From NCBI GenBank assembly GCA_965205485.1, contig OZ242180.1, forward strand, positions 1,248,001-1,312,000: 64,000 bases of DNA, given 5' to 3'. Positions within the stretch are counted from its first letter, which is position 1. Each line of letters starts with the position of its first letter. Position numbers and translations under genes: made by a program. The notes under the pieces were generated by a model that saw nothing but the letters and a program-made list of their open reading frames with translations, was not told the origin of the DNA and ran no database searches. Shown here piece after piece: positions 61,277-64,000 of this stretch. Source of the DNA: Candidatus Latescibacterota bacterium (lineage in GTDB: Bacteria; Latescibacterota; UBA2968; GCA-2709665).

Positions 61277-63313
61277 GTGATGACTCACGAAACAGCAGTT
61301 GGAACGGGCCCGGGGGCTTCCACGCTGAGTCTGCCGGAAGAGTTGCTGCTGGCGCTGCTGGACGAAGAGAGCGGTTATTTTCGTCAGGTGCCCGGCTGGA
61401 ACCTGAACTGCGCCATGGCCGGCGCAGCGCTGGGTGAACTGTCGCTGCGCGGTCGCATCGACACCGATCTTGAGTCGCTGACTCTGGTGGATGCGACCGA
61501 CACCGGTCGTCCGGTACTCGACCCGATCTTGCGGGAGATCTCGACCGAAACGGAAACACATGATGCCCGCTACTGGGTTGAGCGGCTTGCTCCGCAGTCC
61601 GAGTCGATGATCCCCCTGGCGCTGGACGGGCTCGTTCGGCGACAGATTCTCGACCTTCACCCGGGCGATTTCTATACCTTCACCAAGCGCCCGCCGCAGG
61701 ACGAAACACCGCAAGGAGACGTCCACCTGGCGGGCGAGTCCGTAAGGGCCCGGCTGACCAGGATCATCTTCTCGGACGAGATTCCGGGTCCGCGCGACGT
61801 CATTATCACCGGCCTCATCAACACCTGCCGCGTTTTCCATCTGATGTTTCAGATCGACGAGGAGGTGGAAGAACGGATTCAGTTCGTCAGCCAGATGGAC
61901 CTGATCGGCCAGGCGATTGCGGCAGCGGTGAGCCAGAGCATCATCGCACCCTCTCTTCGCCAGCCTTCGCTGACCAAACCGATTCCAACCGTGTCCCTGC
62001 GCGATCTGGTGTTCAACCGCGAGTTGCGAGAGGGCAGGCTGCCGGCAGGGTTCGCCATTCTGGCCGAAAAGTACGGTCCGGTATTCGAGCTTCGGCTCCC
62101 GTTCCGACAGAATATGATTGTCCTGGCAGGGCTGAAGACAAACGAATGGGCTCACCGCATGGGGCGGGTGTTCTTGCGGTCGAAAGAGTACTTCGAGGGC
62201 GTCGACAAGGCCTATGGCGTGTCGCGCTCGATGCACTCGGTTGACGGCGCCGATCACTTTCGCTTTCGCAAATCGTTGCAGCCCGCCTACTCTCGCAGGA
62301 CTTTGACCAGGCGTCTGGACGAGGTCTATGACCTGGCCCGTTCGCACATGGCGAGTTGGGACGTTGGCGCCGCGATGCCGGTGCAGGAGATGCTGCGACC
62401 ATTGCTGAACGCGCAGTCATCGCCGCTCCTGGCCAGCATTAACACCCAGGCCGAAATTGCCGACGCGCTCGAATACAAGATACGAGTACTCAATGTGGGC
62501 ATCGTCAAGATCCTGCCGCGCTTCATGCTCAAGACCCCGTCGATGCGCCGCCGGGCGAAGGCCATGCAAAAGATCGTAGACCGCATGCAGAGGACACATA
62601 CGGCCGCGCAGCGGGTTGGGATGCATGAGGACGTGGTGGACGCGTATCTGGCCCTGAACGCGTCCGATCCCCAGTTCCTCCCCGAATCGGACCTGTCGCT
62701 GCCGCTGGGCGCGATTCTGATGACCGCTATGTACATGGGCGATCAGATTGGCTTCGCCCTTTACTGGTTGGTGCAGAATCCCGAGTTGTACGAGCGAGTC
62801 ACGGCCGAAGCGGACGCGTTGTGGGCCGAGGGCGATCCCAGCGAGGAGGACTTCACTCGAGACCGGATCGACGTGACCCACCGGGTGCTGATGGAGGCTC
62901 TGCGGATGTCGCCGATCGTGGCCATGTCGATGCGCACGGTGATGAATACCTGCGTGGTGGAGGGTTACGAACTGCCGGTCGGGTCGCAACTCATGATTGC
63001 GCAGACGGCCACGCACTACTCAGAAGAGTCGTTTCCCGATCCGTGGACGTTCGACATCGACCGCTACCTGCCCCCGCGAAACGAGCACCTTGGCAGAGGC
63101 TACGCGCCCTTCGGACTGGGCACGCACTCATGTCTCGGGAGCCGCTGGGCCGACATGCAAATGGCGATCAATCTGCTGATGCTCACGCATCACTTCAAGA
63201 TCGAACTGGACCGTCCCTACGAGCGGTTGCCGATGGACCCGTTGCCCTCACAATCCCCCAGCAACAAACTGAAATTCAGGCTCGTTGAGCAGCGGCACGA
63301 ACTTCGAGTCTGA
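61277..63313 (+). CDS. GPP34/GOLPH3-domain-cytochrome P450 fusion
   Basis: N-terminal LSLPEELLL.LLD...G...AGA.L.EL.L.GRI (GPP34-like); C-terminal P450 with EALR (ExxR), FD.DRY and heme motif PFGLGTHSCLG. Confidence 0.85.
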   Translation: MMTHETAVGTGPGASTLSLPEELLLALLDEESGYFRQVPGWNLNCAMAGAALGELSLRGRIDTDLESLTLVDATDTGRPVLDPILREISTETETHDARYWVERLAPQSESMIPLALDGLVRRQILDLHPGDFYTFTKRPPQDETPQGDVHLAGESVRARLTRIIFSDEIPGPRDVIITGLINTCRVFHLMFQIDEEVEERIQFVSQMDLIGQAIAAAVSQSIIAPSLRQPSLTKPIPTVSLRDLVFNRELREGRLPAGFAILAEKYGPVFELRLPFRQNMIVLAGLKTNEWAHRMGRVFLRSKEYFEGVDKAYGVSRSMHSVDGADHFRFRKSLQPAYSRRTLTRRLDEVYDLARSHMASWDVGAAMPVQEMLRPLLNAQSSPLLASINTQAEIADALEYKIRVLNVGIVKILPRFMLKTPSMRRRAKAMQKIVDRMQRTHTAAQRVGMHEDVVDAYLALNASDPQFLPESDLSLPLGAILMTAMYMGDQIGFALYWLVQNPELYERVTAEADALWAEGDPSEEDFTRDRIDVTHRVLMEALRMSPIVAMSMRTVMNTCVVEGYELPVGSQLMIAQTATHYSEESFPDPWTFDIDRYLPPRNEHLGRGYAPFGLGTHSCLGSRWADMQMAINLLMLTHHFKIELDRPYERLPMDPLPSQSPSNKLKFRLVEQRHELRV

Positions 63314-63378
63314 GTTCGCTGCGCCCGCTCCTCCAAAGCCTGGAACTGGTCCGCGATTCCCGAATTGAGCCTTTCGCA

Positions 63379-64000
63379 ATGAAATCATCTGGCGGCGGAC
63401 GACCTCGCACCGTACGGGTGATCACGGGCGCGAGCGGGCAGATCGGCGGGGTGTTGACGCGGGCCCTTACCGGTAAGTACGGGCCCCGTCAGGTCCGTGC
63501 GATCTTTCGGAAGCGTCGAGGAACGGCGGCGGATCTCGACATCGCATGGGTCAATGGCGACATTCTCGACAAGAAATCGCTGATCGCCGCCTTCGCGGGC
63601 GCGGAAACCGTGTTCCATCTGGCCGCGTTGGTCTCGATCGGTAGCGTCAGGGCGCACGAATTCCATCGCACGAATGTCCTGGGCACCCGCAATGTCGTGG
63701 AAGCGGCCCTCGAGTGTGGCGTGAGACGCCTGGTTCATGTTTCCTCGATCCACGCTTACGAACAGCACCCGCTGGACGAAGTACTTGACGAGAGCCGCCG
63801 TGCTGTGGACAGCCCGCGCGACGCTCCCTACGACCGTTCGAAAGCCGCCGGCGAAGTGGAAGTCCGCCGCGGCATCGACCGCGGGCTTGACGCCGTAATC
63901 CTGAATCCAACCAGCGTCATTGGCCCCTATGACGGCGAGCCCTCGCCTATGGGGCAGTTTTTTCTCGACCTCTACCGCGGGCGGCTTCCCGCGTTGATTG
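63379..64000 (+). CDS. NAD-dependent epimerase/dehydratase (3-beta-HSD/HpnA-like extended SDR), 3'-truncated
   Basis: ATG 63379: MKSSGGGRPRTVRVITGASGQIGG...VFHLAA...NVLGTRNVVEAA...VRRLVHVSS...YDRSK; open to window end, so absent from the ORF track. Confidence 0.88.
   Translation, partial: MKSSGGGRPRTVRVITGASGQIGGVLTRALTGKYGPRQVRAIFRKRRGTAADLDIAWVNGDILDKKSLIAAFAGAETVFHLAALVSIGSVRAHEFHRTNVLGTRNVVEAALECGVRRLVHVSSIHAYEQHPLDEVLDESRRAVDSPRDAPYDRSKAAGEVEVRRGIDRGLDAVILNPTSVIGPYDGEPSPMGQFFLDLYRGRLPALI

Overview
High-GC bacterial chromosomal window with about 50 CDS and no rRNA, tRNA or CRISPR array that I can see. Gene content suggests an uncultured, probably sponge-associated bacterium such as Latescibacterota (inference): a dockerin-like 'DFADFL..F...FG' domain, three PhyH dioxygenases, heparinase/lyase-like proteins, sterol-acting enzymes and REP-rich spacers. 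Main results: (1) Two selenoprotein genes that the ORF track splits or truncates, a peroxiredoxin-like gene (9571-10167, minus, GTW-U-RRT) and a UGSC-family gene with an atypical D-U-C-G-A motif (35900-36637). Each in-frame TGA is followed by a similar SECIS-like hairpin with a C-AGTT(T)-G apex. (2) A dispersed, eukaryote-like sterol-remodelling toolkit: a Neverland/DAF-36-like Rieske oxygenase adjacent to an ERG6/SMT-type sterol C24-methyltransferase, a steroid 5-alpha-reductase, and a second Rieske gene followed by a GPP34(GOLPH3)-cytochrome P450 fusion and a 3-beta-HSD-like SDR. (3) Signs of genome flux: a nonsense-inactivated RelE/HigB toxin beside an intact antitoxin, MITE pairs, a partial gene duplication, an IS1-like scar and several REP families. 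All functional calls come from motif recognition only; no searches were run.
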